Assembly (NCBI GenBank): GCA_040905465.1
Contig: JBBDRK010000037.1
Coordinates: forward strand, 21,030 to 39,353
DNA from: Trueperaceae bacterium
GTDB lineage: Bacteria; Deinococcota; Deinococci; Deinococcales; Trueperaceae
DNA length: 18,324 bases
Direction of reading: 5' to 3'
In this document: positions 1-9,251 of the stretch, piece after piece
How positions within the stretch are numbered: the stretch's first letter is position 1
Layout: each line of letters begins with the position of its first letter
Position numbers and translations under genes: made by a program
Notes under the pieces: model-generated
What the model was told of the DNA's origin: nothing
Seen by the model: the letters and a program-made list of their open reading frames with translations, nothing else
Databases searched by the model: none

Positions 1-120
1 ACGGCAGCGCCCGCCACGCCGCCGCCCGACTCCGTCTCGCTCGGCACGGACGCGTTCGACATGACGCCGCCCGCCACGGCGCCGACCTGCATGCCGCCGC
101 CGGGCACGGCGCCGCCCCCC
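1..120. repeat. Degenerate 30-nt tandem repeat encoding a Gly/Ala-rich 10-aa repeat in the ABC-F C-terminal tail
   Basis: Units 61-90 atgacgccgcccgccacggcgccgacctgc and 91-120 atgccgccgccgggcacggcgccgcccccc align in register; 1-30 and 31-60 are more diverged. Peptides GGGAVPGGGM / QVGAVAGGVM / SNASVPSETE / SGGGVAGAA(V). Confidence 0.55.
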
Positions 121-1748
121 GGTCGCGACCCCGCTCCGGCCGATGCCGCTGCGCCCAAGCCCGGCTCGAGCCTCCTCCGGCCCGCCAAATAACCCTCCAG
201 CCCACCCCGGAACTCCACGAGCACGCCGTCTTCTATCGCCCAGACTCGCTCGGCCAGGCGAGCCAGTGCCCGGTCGTGGGTCGCCACCACCACGGCGGCC
301 TCGGTCGTTTCGAGCGCGTGCTGGAGCGTCTCGATCGCACTCAGGTCGAGGTCGTTGGTGGGTTCGTCGAGTAGCAGGAGATTGGCCTGCGCCGCCAGCA
401 GCCGGGCAACGCCGGCGCGCGCCCGCTCGCCACCCGAGAGAGAATCGGGTGGCGCCAGCCGCTTCTCCTCGTCCAGGCCGCAGAGCGCCAGCAGCATGTG
501 TGCGCGCTCCCTGCTCACCAGGTCGGTCAGTTGGTCCAGCACCGGCGTTCCGCTCGCCAACCCGCGCTCATCCTGATCGGCATAGAGGAGCTTGGCGTCA
601 CGGTGCCACCAGTACTCCGAGCGTGGGTCGTCCGAAGGCGTCTCACCGGCCAGGATGCTTAGCAGCGTGCTCTTGCCGCTCCCGTTGGGGCCCAGGAGGG
701 CCACCTTGTCGCCCGCTCGGAGCAGCAGGTCGGCTCGGTCGATCACGGTGTGGTTCCCCAGCTTCTTGCTGAGGCCGCGCGCTTCCAGCAGTACGCCGGT
801 CGCTTCGCGAGCCTCCAGACTCAGGGCCGGCGGCTGCGACTCGGCCGCGGACAACGCCGGCAGGCGCTCCCGTTCGCGCTCCAGCCGCTTCCGGCGCCGC
901 TGCGCCTTGGCGGTCCCCCAGGCCCGCAGTTCGGCGGCGGTGCGCTCCAGGCGTTCGATCTCCTTGCGCCGTTCGCGCTGCCGCCGCTCGTCGCCGCGCC
1001 GCCGCGCGCCCTGCTGCTCGCGCAGCCTGCTGATGCCGCCCCGCGTGATCGCCAGCTCGCCGCCCCGCAGCTCGCCGGTCTCGGTGCATGCTTCGTCGAG
1101 CAGCTCCCGGTCGTGCGACACCAGAACCAGGGCTCCCCGGTGGCGCCGCAGGCGCTCCCCCAACCACTTCAGAGCGGGCAGGTCGAGATGGTTCGAAGGT
1201 TCGTCCAGCAGCAGAACGTCGGGATTGGCGGCAAGGGTGCGGACCAGCGCCAACCGAGCGAGCTCACCGCCCGAGAGCCGGGCCAGCGGCAGGATCAGGC
1301 GCTCTTCGGTGAGGCCCAGGTCGGCCAGGGACTCGCGCAGTTCCGGCTCCGCGGCATACCCGCCGGAGCTCTCGAACGCCTCGTGAAGCTCACCGTACCG
1401 TTCCATGCTACCGGTTCCCTCCGCCAGCAAGCGCTCCTCGTCGCGCAACTCGCGTTCGAGCTGGGTCGTTCGCTCCAAGCACGCCAAGGCGGTGGTCCAG
1501 GCGTTCTGCCGTCCGTCCCAACTCGGAGTCTGCTCGAGGTAGCCGATGCGAGCCCCGGGAGCGCGTCGCAAGCGGCCCCCGGCGGGGGGTTTGAGTCCCG
1601 CAAGCACTCGCAGCAGCGAACTCTTGCCCGAGCCGTTGGGCCCGACCAGGCCGAGCCGACTTCCCGTTCGGAGGGTCAGGTCGAGCGAGCGCACCAGCGT
1701 GTGGCCGTTTCGTTCGATGTCGAGATTGCGGGCGACGAGGAGTTCCAT
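1..1748 (-). CDS. ABC-F family ATP-binding protein (two NBDs, no TM domain), 3' end runs off the window
   Basis: Hand translation from ATG 1748 (in-frame alternative ATG at 1763): MELLVARNLDIERNGHTLV...GLVGPNGSGKSSLL...LSGGELARLAL...LLLDEPSNHLD...VSHDR, a charged helical linker, then ALLGPNGSGKSTLL...LSGGERARAG...LLLDEPTNDLD...ATHDR. Frame stays open to base 1, which is why the ORF track omits it. Confidence 0.93.
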   Translation of the reverse strand, partial: MELLVARNLDIERNGHTLVRSLDLTLRTGSRLGLVGPNGSGKSSLLRVLAGLKPPAGGRLRRAPGARIGYLEQTPSWDGRQNAWTTALACLERTTQLERELRDEERLLAEGTGSMERYGELHEAFESSGGYAAEPELRESLADLGLTEERLILPLARLSGGELARLALVRTLAANPDVLLLDEPSNHLDLPALKWLGERLRRHRGALVLVSHDRELLDEACTETGELRGGELAITRGGISRLREQQGARRRGDERRQRERRKEIERLERTAAELRAWGTAKAQRRRKRLERERERLPALSAAESQPPALSLEAREATGVLLEARGLSKKLGNHTVIDRADLLLRAGDKVALLGPNGSGKSTLLSILAGETPSDDPRSEYWWHRDAKLLYADQDERGLASGTPVLDQLTDLVSRERAHMLLALCGLDEEKRLAPPDSLSGGERARAGVARLLAAQANLLLLDEPTNDLDLSAIETLQHALETTEAAVVVATHDRALARLAERVWAIEDGVLVEFRGGLEGYLAGRRRLEPGLGAAASAGAGSRPGGGAVPGGGMQVGAVAGGVMSNASVPSETESGGGVAGAA

Positions 1749-1864
1749 CTTTCGGATTGCCATGATACGGCCCGCCGGGAGCTTTCTGTGAGGGCCACGG
1801 CCGCTTCGTTCAGGAGCCCCGCCGTGTCCTGCGGGCAGCTACCGCTGTACGACCGCCGCGCCAG

Positions 1865-1870
1865 TAGACT
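1865..1870 (+). promoter_or_regulatory. -10 box (TAGACT) of a probable leaderless promoter for the RNHCP gene
   Basis: TAnnnT hexamer 6 nt before ATG 1877, no canonical Shine-Dalgarno; typical Deinococcus-Thermus leaderless geometry. Confidence 0.6.
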
Positions 1871-1876
1871 GGGGCG

Positions 1877-2218
1877 ATGAAGCGCTTTACCGCAGTCGGT
1901 CGCAACACCGGCTTCACCTGCAGTCAGTGTGGACGCGAGGTCCCTCCGCTGGCCGGCGGCGGCTGCCGCAACCACTGCCCGTTCTGCCTCTATTCCCGGC
2001 ATGTGGACCTCCTGCCCGGCGACCGCGCCAACGAGTGCGGGGGTGTGCTCGAGCCAGTCGGAGTCGTTCCCGACTCGCGCAAGGGGTACGTGATCGTGCA
2101 CCGCTGCCTCAGCTGCGGCGAATTGCGGCGCAACCGTGCGGCCCTCGACGATCCAGCCTGCCCCGATGACTTCGAATCCCTGCTCGCCCTGGCCGGTCGT
2201 CCGGTCCCGGGCGCCTGA
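1877..2218 (+). CDS. RNHCP domain-containing protein (Cys/His-rich, putative zinc-binding)
   Basis: FTCSQCG...CRNHCPFCLYSRHVD..PGDRA..CGG.LEP...HRCLSCG matches the RNHCP family signature. Confidence 0.92.
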   Translation: MKRFTAVGRNTGFTCSQCGREVPPLAGGGCRNHCPFCLYSRHVDLLPGDRANECGGVLEPVGVVPDSRKGYVIVHRCLSCGELRRNRAALDDPACPDDFESLLALAGRPVPGA

Positions 2219-2232
2219 ACGGAGCACCACCC

Positions 2233-3828
2233 ATGAACGACCTTCTCCTCGTCAACTGTCGGGTGATAACCATGGACCAGAAGCGGCCTCGCGCGGAGGC
2301 GGTAGCGCTGCGGGGTGACCGGGTGCTGTCGCTAGGCAGCGAGGACGAGCTCCGCTCGCTGCTTGAGCCGGTGGCGCGTGTGATCGACTGCGGCGGGGCG
2401 AGCCTGCTGCCGGCATTTCACGACTCGCACGTGCACCTGGCTCAGCACGGCTTCGAACTAGGCCAGGTCGACCTGCACGGCGCGGACGACCTCGAAGAGG
2501 GATTGCGGCGGGTGGCGGCGCGCGCGGCCGAGCAGCCTGCGGGAAGCTGGATCCTGGGCGCCGGCTTCGCGCTGCAGCGCTGGGGGGTGGCCACGCTCGA
2601 CCGGCAGATGTTGGACAGGGTGGCGCCGGATCACCCGGTGCTCCTACGTTCGCAGGATCATCACAGCGCCTGGGTGAACTCGGCCGCGCTGGCATATGCC
2701 GGGGTAGACGCCGGCACGGCCGAACCGCAGGACGGCACGGTGGTGCGCGACGAGCGCGGTGAGCCCACCGGCCTGCTGCTCGAGCGGGCGCTGCACCTGG
2801 TGTGGGACAGGCTGCCGATGCCGTCTCCGTCTGAGACTTCCGCGGCCGTCAAGCGCGCGGCCGACGACCTGGCGGCGCGAGGAATAGCCACGGTTCACCA
2901 TATGGCCTACGAGCCGGCGGGCTACTGGCGCGAGATCGCGTCCGCCGCCAGCCAGCGCGAGTTTTCGCTGCGGGTATGGGCGTGTATCAACCAGGAAGAT
3001 ATCGAGGCGGCGCTGGCGATCGGCCTGGCGACCGGACAGGGGGGAGAGAACTTCACCATCGGCGGAGCGAAGTTCTTCGCCGATGGTGCCCTGGGAAGCC
3101 GCACCGCCTGGATGCTGGAGCCGTACCTCGAAACCTCCGACCGTGGAGTGGCCGTGCACGGGCCCCGGGTGCTCGCCGAGCGCTATCCGCTTGCCATAGC
3201 CGCGGGACTGGCGCCGGTTACCCATGCGATCGGCGACGCCGCCGTCAGGGCGGTGCTCGACGCGCTCGAGGAGACGGCGCCGGCTTGGCGGGCGCGCGGC
3301 CTGCGCCCCCGGCTCGAGCACGCTCAGCACATGACGGCTGAGGACGTGAGTCGCCTGGCTCGCCTCGGCGTGGTTGCGTCGATGCAGCCGGGACACCTCA
3401 CCTTTGACGTGCCCTCTATAACCGCCCTGCTTGCCGATCGGCAGGACCGGGCCTACCCGCTCGCGTCGCTGCTTGCCGCCGGAGCACCATTGGCCCTGGG
3501 CTCCGATACCCCGGTCGCCCGGCCGGACGTCTTCGCCGGCCTGCGGGCCGCCTGCCGGCGACAGGGCGTCGATGGCAGCGTGCTCTGCCCCGGACAGTCG
3601 CTCACGCCGGAACAGGCGTTGCACGGCTACACCAGCGGCGCAGCTTACGCCATCGGCCGGGAGGACCGCAGCGGCGTCCTGCAGCCCGGCTTCGACGCCG
3701 ATCTGGTACTGCTCTCGCACGATCCGCTCGAGTCGCTCGACGGCATGACGGTGCGAGGCACGATCAAGGCCGGCCGCCCTACCTTCGATCCGGAAGGGCT
3801 GCTCGCCGACGGGTATACTCGGTCATGA
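2233..3828 (+). CDS. Metal-dependent amidohydrolase (YtcJ-like / Amidohydro_3)
   Basis: DSHVH metal motif, HSAWVNSAAL, GEPTGLLLE, KFFADGALGSRTA, THAIGD, RLEHAQ, GSDTPV, G.L.PGFDADLVLL; GGAG RBS at 2221-2224. Confidence 0.92.
   Translation: MNDLLLVNCRVITMDQKRPRAEAVALRGDRVLSLGSEDELRSLLEPVARVIDCGGASLLPAFHDSHVHLAQHGFELGQVDLHGADDLEEGLRRVAARAAEQPAGSWILGAGFALQRWGVATLDRQMLDRVAPDHPVLLRSQDHHSAWVNSAALAYAGVDAGTAEPQDGTVVRDERGEPTGLLLERALHLVWDRLPMPSPSETSAAVKRAADDLAARGIATVHHMAYEPAGYWREIASAASQREFSLRVWACINQEDIEAALAIGLATGQGGENFTIGGAKFFADGALGSRTAWMLEPYLETSDRGVAVHGPRVLAERYPLAIAAGLAPVTHAIGDAAVRAVLDALEETAPAWRARGLRPRLEHAQHMTAEDVSRLARLGVVASMQPGHLTFDVPSITALLADRQDRAYPLASLLAAGAPLALGSDTPVARPDVFAGLRAACRRQGVDGSVLCPGQSLTPEQALHGYTSGAAYAIGREDRSGVLQPGFDADLVLLSHDPLESLDGMTVRGTIKAGRPTFDPEGLLADGYTRS
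3814..3819 (+). promoter_or_regulatory. Internal -10 box (TATACT), probable leaderless promoter for proA
   Basis: Near-consensus -10 lying 5 nt before proA ATG 3825, inside the last codons of the amidohydrolase; no SD in front of proA. Confidence 0.5.
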
Positions 3829-5078
3829 CCGTTGCACCCGCGCTCGATCTCGATCGGCTGCTGGAGCGCTCCCGCCGGGCCGCCAGGCTGATTGCCGGCG
3901 CCGACCGGCGCGCGGGGCTGCTGGCGATAGCGCGAGCCGTCGAGGAGCAGACCGAGCGCATTCTGGCCGCCAACAGTGCAGACGTCGAGGCCGAGACGAA
4001 GCGCGGCACTCCGGCTTCGCGGGTCGACCGCCTGACTCTCGACCAGGACAGACTGGCCGCTGTCGCCGCGGCGGTGCGGCAAGTAGCCGATCTGCCTGAT
4101 CCGCTCGGCCGGGTGCTGGATGGGTGGCGGCTGGAGAACGGCCTGGAGGTCCGGAAGGTCTCGGTTCCCTTCGGCGTCATCGGGATGATCTATGAGTCGC
4201 GGCCGAACGTCACTGTCGACGCGGCCGTACTGGCGCTCAAAGCCGGCAGCGCCTCCGTGCTGCGCGGCTCCTCGAACGCTCTGGCTTCCAACCGGGTTCT
4301 GGTGGACGTAATGCGGTCCGCCCTCGCCAGTGTGGATATACCGGCAGACGCCGTGCTGCTCATTGATTCACCAGACAGGCAACTGGTGACCGAACTGCTG
4401 GCGGCGCGCGGCAAGGTGGACCTGGTGATTCCGCGCGGCGGGGCCTCGCTGATCTCCCATGTCGTCGAGAACGCCAAGGTTCCGGTCATCGAGACCGGCG
4501 TGGGCAACTGTCACGTGTACGTCGACGCCGCCGCCGACCTGGCCAAGGCTCGCGCAATAGTTTTCAACGCCAAGGTCCAGCGGCCCAGCGTCTGCAATGC
4601 GGCGGAGACGTTGCTGGTGCACGAGTCGGTGGCCGACGGTTTTCTGCCGGGGATCCTGCAGGACCTGGCTGATGCCGGCGTGGAGCTGGTCGGCTGTCCG
4701 CGGGCCCGGCCCTTCCATCCGGCAATGGGTGAGGCGACCGAAGCAGACTGGGCGGAGGAGTACCTCGATCTCAAGCTAGCCGTCAGGGTGATCGGAGACG
4801 TCGGCGAGGCGATAGAGCACATAGGTCGCTACGGAACCCAGCACAGCGAGTCGATCGTGACCGAGGATCGCGCGACTGGGCGCCGATTCCAGGCCGAGGT
4901 AGACGCCGCGGCAGTCATCGTGAACGCTTCGACGCGCTTTACCGACGGCTTCGAGTTCGGCTTCGGCGCCGAAATCGGCATCTCCACCCAGAAGTTGCAC
5001 GCCCGCGGTCCGATGGGTTTGGCCGAGATCGTTACCCACAAGTACCTGATGGACGGCGACGGTCAGATCCGCGGATAG
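3825..5078 (+). CDS. proA: Gamma-glutamyl phosphate reductase (glutamate-5-semialdehyde dehydrogenase)
   Basis: VPFGVIGMIYESRPNVT, IPRGG, IETGVGNCH, catalytic PSVCNAAETLLVH, NASTRFTDG, GAEIGISTQKLHARGPMGL; ATGA overlap with upstream gene. Confidence 0.97.
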   Translation: MTVAPALDLDRLLERSRRAARLIAGADRRAGLLAIARAVEEQTERILAANSADVEAETKRGTPASRVDRLTLDQDRLAAVAAAVRQVADLPDPLGRVLDGWRLENGLEVRKVSVPFGVIGMIYESRPNVTVDAAVLALKAGSASVLRGSSNALASNRVLVDVMRSALASVDIPADAVLLIDSPDRQLVTELLAARGKVDLVIPRGGASLISHVVENAKVPVIETGVGNCHVYVDAAADLAKARAIVFNAKVQRPSVCNAAETLLVHESVADGFLPGILQDLADAGVELVGCPRARPFHPAMGEATEADWAEEYLDLKLAVRVIGDVGEAIEHIGRYGTQHSESIVTEDRATGRRFQAEVDAAAVIVNASTRFTDGFEFGFGAEIGISTQKLHARGPMGLAEIVTHKYLMDGDGQIRG

Positions 5079-5092
5079 CCTGCGCACGACAC

Positions 5093-5168
5093 CCTCTTTC
5101 GAGTAGAATCCTGATGGATCGATTCCCATAGCGCCACGGGTAGTCGGGGCGGCAGGCGCCGAAAGAGG
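5093..5168 (+). promoter_or_regulatory. Intergenic inverted repeat pairing with the downstream RBS; contains candidate -10 TAGAAT (5104-5109)
   Basis: cctctttcg (5093-5101) is the perfect reverse complement of cgaaagagg (5160-5168), which holds the GAGG SD of the 5174 gene. Confidence 0.4.
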
Positions 5169-5173
5169 ACACG

Positions 5174-5578
5174 ATGCTCGACTTCGACGTGAACTGGCTC
5201 GCAGTGATCAGCGCCGCCGTGGCGGACATGATTCTCGGCTCGCTATGGTACTCACCGGTGCTTTTTGGCAAGCAGTGGATGAAGGCAATCGGCAAGAAAC
5301 CCGAGGAACTGGGCAGCCCGACCAACGCCATGATCGTCGCGACGATAGTGTCGCTGATCTTTGCTTTCGTGCTGGCCGTGGTCCTGGTTTCGCTGCAGGT
5401 GACAACGCTCGTGGGCGGAGCGGGAGTCGGTCTGCTGCTGTGGTTCGGTTTCGTGCTCACCAACGTCGCCCTGGGGCTGGCGTTCGAAGGCGGCAATCGA
5501 ACCGTGGGCGGCCTCTTCCTGAGCTACCGCCTGGTTGCGTTCCTGCTTGCCGGTGCGATTCTCGGCCTCTGGCTCTGA
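5174..5578 (+). CDS. DUF1761-like four-helix membrane protein
   Basis: VNWLAVISAAVA...LGSLWYSPVLFGKQWMKAIG N-terminus, GLLLWFGFV, four hydrophobic segments; AAAGAGG RBS. Confidence 0.85.
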   Translation: MLDFDVNWLAVISAAVADMILGSLWYSPVLFGKQWMKAIGKKPEELGSPTNAMIVATIVSLIFAFVLAVVLVSLQVTTLVGGAGVGLLLWFGFVLTNVALGLAFEGGNRTVGGLFLSYRLVAFLLAGAILGLWL

Positions 5579-5750
5579 GACCTGCTAGGCGAATCAGACG
5601 TTCAGTTCGGGGGCCAGCCTTTTAGTCGGACATGTCGGTCCCCATTCGACAGAGTTGTCGCCTTGGCCATTGATCAGCGTTCGCAGCAGAGACGGGCGAC
5701 TTGACGCAAGAATAGCGGGGCGAGGCCGAAGCTATCCAGGGCAGCAACTG

Positions 5751-5779
5751 ATTGGCAATCATCGCGTAGAATTGCCAAT
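5751..5779 (+). promoter_or_regulatory. Toxin-antitoxin operator palindrome overlapping a leaderless -10 box
   Basis: ATTGGCAAT (5751-5759)-N11-ATTGCCAAT (5771-5779) perfect inverted repeat; TAGAAT at 5767-5772, 7 nt before ATG 5780. Confidence 0.75.
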
Positions 5780-6049
5780 ATGGATAGGGTCAAGATGGAT
5801 CGGTTTGGTCGGGTGCTGATTCCGAAGAAGGTTAGGAGCAGGCTAGGCCTTGTGGCTGGGGAGCAAATGGCACTTGCTGTCGAGGGCGACAAGATCGTTC
5901 TCGAACGCGAGTTGGTTCGCGACATCGTCGTCCAAAAGGGTAGCGCGCTCATCCTTGACGTCAAGGGGCAGGACGATATCTACTCCGCATTGGAGTGGCA
6001 GCGCGAGAAGCGACATGCGCAAATTCTCTTTGGCGAAGACGACGATTGA
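5780..6049 (+). CDS. AbrB/MazE/SpoVT-family antitoxin (VapB-like)
   Basis: VKMDRFGRVLIPKKVRSRLGLVAGEQMALAVEGDKIVLE swapped-hairpin motif, acidic C-terminus; directly upstream of a PIN gene. Confidence 0.9.
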   Translation: MDRVKMDRFGRVLIPKKVRSRLGLVAGEQMALAVEGDKIVLERELVRDIVVQKGSALILDVKGQDDIYSALEWQREKRHAQILFGEDDD

Positions 6050-6474
6050 AGGTTCTGTTCGACACCTCCGTGCTAATCGCTGCCCTTTCCGCTCGCCATA
6101 TCGAGAATGCCAGGGCACTTCCCTGGTTGGAGCGTGCACTTGCAGGCGAAGTGAGTGGGGTGGTGTCGACTCACGCACTGGCAGAATTGTATGGAACGCT
6201 GACGGGGCATGCGGCATGGAGGATCCCGCCGCAACTTTGCATCCAGGTCCTTCAAAGCAACATCTCTCGCTTTGACGTAACCGGTATCGATGAAAGCGAC
6301 TACTGGTACACGTTGGAACAGATGGCCAGGCTAGGCTTGCCAGGCGGCGGGATCTATGCCGCGCTTCATGCCCGAGCGGCGCATAAATCCGGTGCCGAAG
6401 CGATACTCACCCTAAATGCCAAACACTTCAGCCGACTGGGTGACGACACTGCCCGACTCGTTCGGGTTCCCTGA
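6046..6474 (+). CDS. PIN-domain (VapC-like) toxin
   Basis: TTG start overlapping antitoxin stop (TTGA); MKVLFDTSVLIAAL, STHALAELYGTLT, GGIYAALHARAA, ILTLNAKHF. The ORF-track start at 5995 is an upstream extension. Confidence 0.9.
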   Translation: MKVLFDTSVLIAALSARHIENARALPWLERALAGEVSGVVSTHALAELYGTLTGHAAWRIPPQLCIQVLQSNISRFDVTGIDESDYWYTLEQMARLGLPGGGIYAALHARAAHKSGAEAILTLNAKHFSRLGDDTARLVRVP

Positions 6475-6496
6475 CTAGCTCCAATTAACTCATGCA

Positions 6497-7039
6497 TCAC
6501 TTGCCCTTGCGCTCATCCCAGTAGTCCGGGTTCTCCTCGGCGAACACGACGGGAGGGGTCCTACCGAGGAGCTGCGCGATCGCATAGAGCTGCCCGCGAT
6601 GGTGTAGCTCGTCCTGATACGCATGGTGCAAGAGAAGCCAACCTCGAATTCCCTCGTGCCACGGGTTGTCGCGGCGAAGACCTTCGAGAAGCTCTGGACT
6701 GGCGTTCGCCCCCCAATCGTTCATCGCCGCCTGGGTGACATTCAGCCACGCGGCCAGCCCGGCTTTCGAGGCACAGACCGCGGTGCGATGCGCAGCCCAG
6801 TCCGCATCGGGCTCGTTTTCCCTCGGGCTCCAGCGTTGCAGTAATATGCCCCGGCTGACGAAATACTGGTGTCCACCGATATGGTGGAAAAGTTCGGCAA
6901 TGGTGCGCCACGCCGGGACCAGTCGGTACTCGAGATCTGCCTCCTCGAAACGGTCGAGCAGTTCGAGCGTAACCATACGCACGCCGTCCCAGTGATCGAG
7001 GAAAGCCCCGAGCGGTGCGTAGTACGTGGACCGGCTCAC
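6497..7039 (-). CDS. DinB/YfiT-superfamily four-helix-bundle protein (putative thiol S-transferase-like)
   Basis: RTIAELFHHI and DELHHRGQLYAIAQLLGRTPP motifs typical of the DinB fold metal site; GTG start. Confidence 0.85.
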   Translation of the reverse strand: MSRSTYYAPLGAFLDHWDGVRMVTLELLDRFEEADLEYRLVPAWRTIAELFHHIGGHQYFVSRGILLQRWSPRENEPDADWAAHRTAVCASKAGLAAWLNVTQAAMNDWGANASPELLEGLRRDNPWHEGIRGWLLLHHAYQDELHHRGQLYAIAQLLGRTPPVVFAEENPDYWDERKGK

Positions 7040-7045
7040 GTTTTC

Positions 7046-7054
7046 AGCTTAACA
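7046..7054 (-). promoter_or_regulatory. Extended -10 (TGT-TAAGCT), probable leaderless promoter of the DinB gene
   Basis: Minus strand reads TGTTAAGCT-gaaaac-GTG: 6-nt spacing to the start codon, no SD. Confidence 0.6.
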
Positions 7055-7121
7055 GCCGCCTGCCGCCTGCCACGGGACCGGCGTCGGCAGGAAAATCAGC
7101 GTCTGGAACGTAGCTCCCGGT

Positions 7122-7151
7122 TTGTAGCTGACCCGTCCGAGGTGGTACAAT
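7122..7151 (+). promoter_or_regulatory. Putative sigma70 promoter of gyrB
   Basis: TTGTAG (7122-7127)-N18-TACAAT (7146-7151) with TGn extension at 7143-7145. Confidence 0.6.
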
Positions 7152-7201
7152 CGAGTGTTTGGGAGACGGCCGCACGCGGCTCAGTCAGAGTCGGTGTCTA
7201 A

Positions 7202-9232
<2,031 letters not shown>

Positions 9233-9251
9233 GGCGGTATGGAGGCAGCAG

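Noticed and set aside
143-1880. Plus-strand ORFs 143-772, 592-1386 and 750-1880
   Set aside because: The real gene is the minus-strand ABC-F; these are shadow frames with no recognisable motifs.
5111-5164. CTGATG...GAAA resembling a hammerhead ribozyme core
   Set aside because: Core reads CUGAUGG not CUGANGA and the required stems and cleavage triplet are not in the right arrangement.
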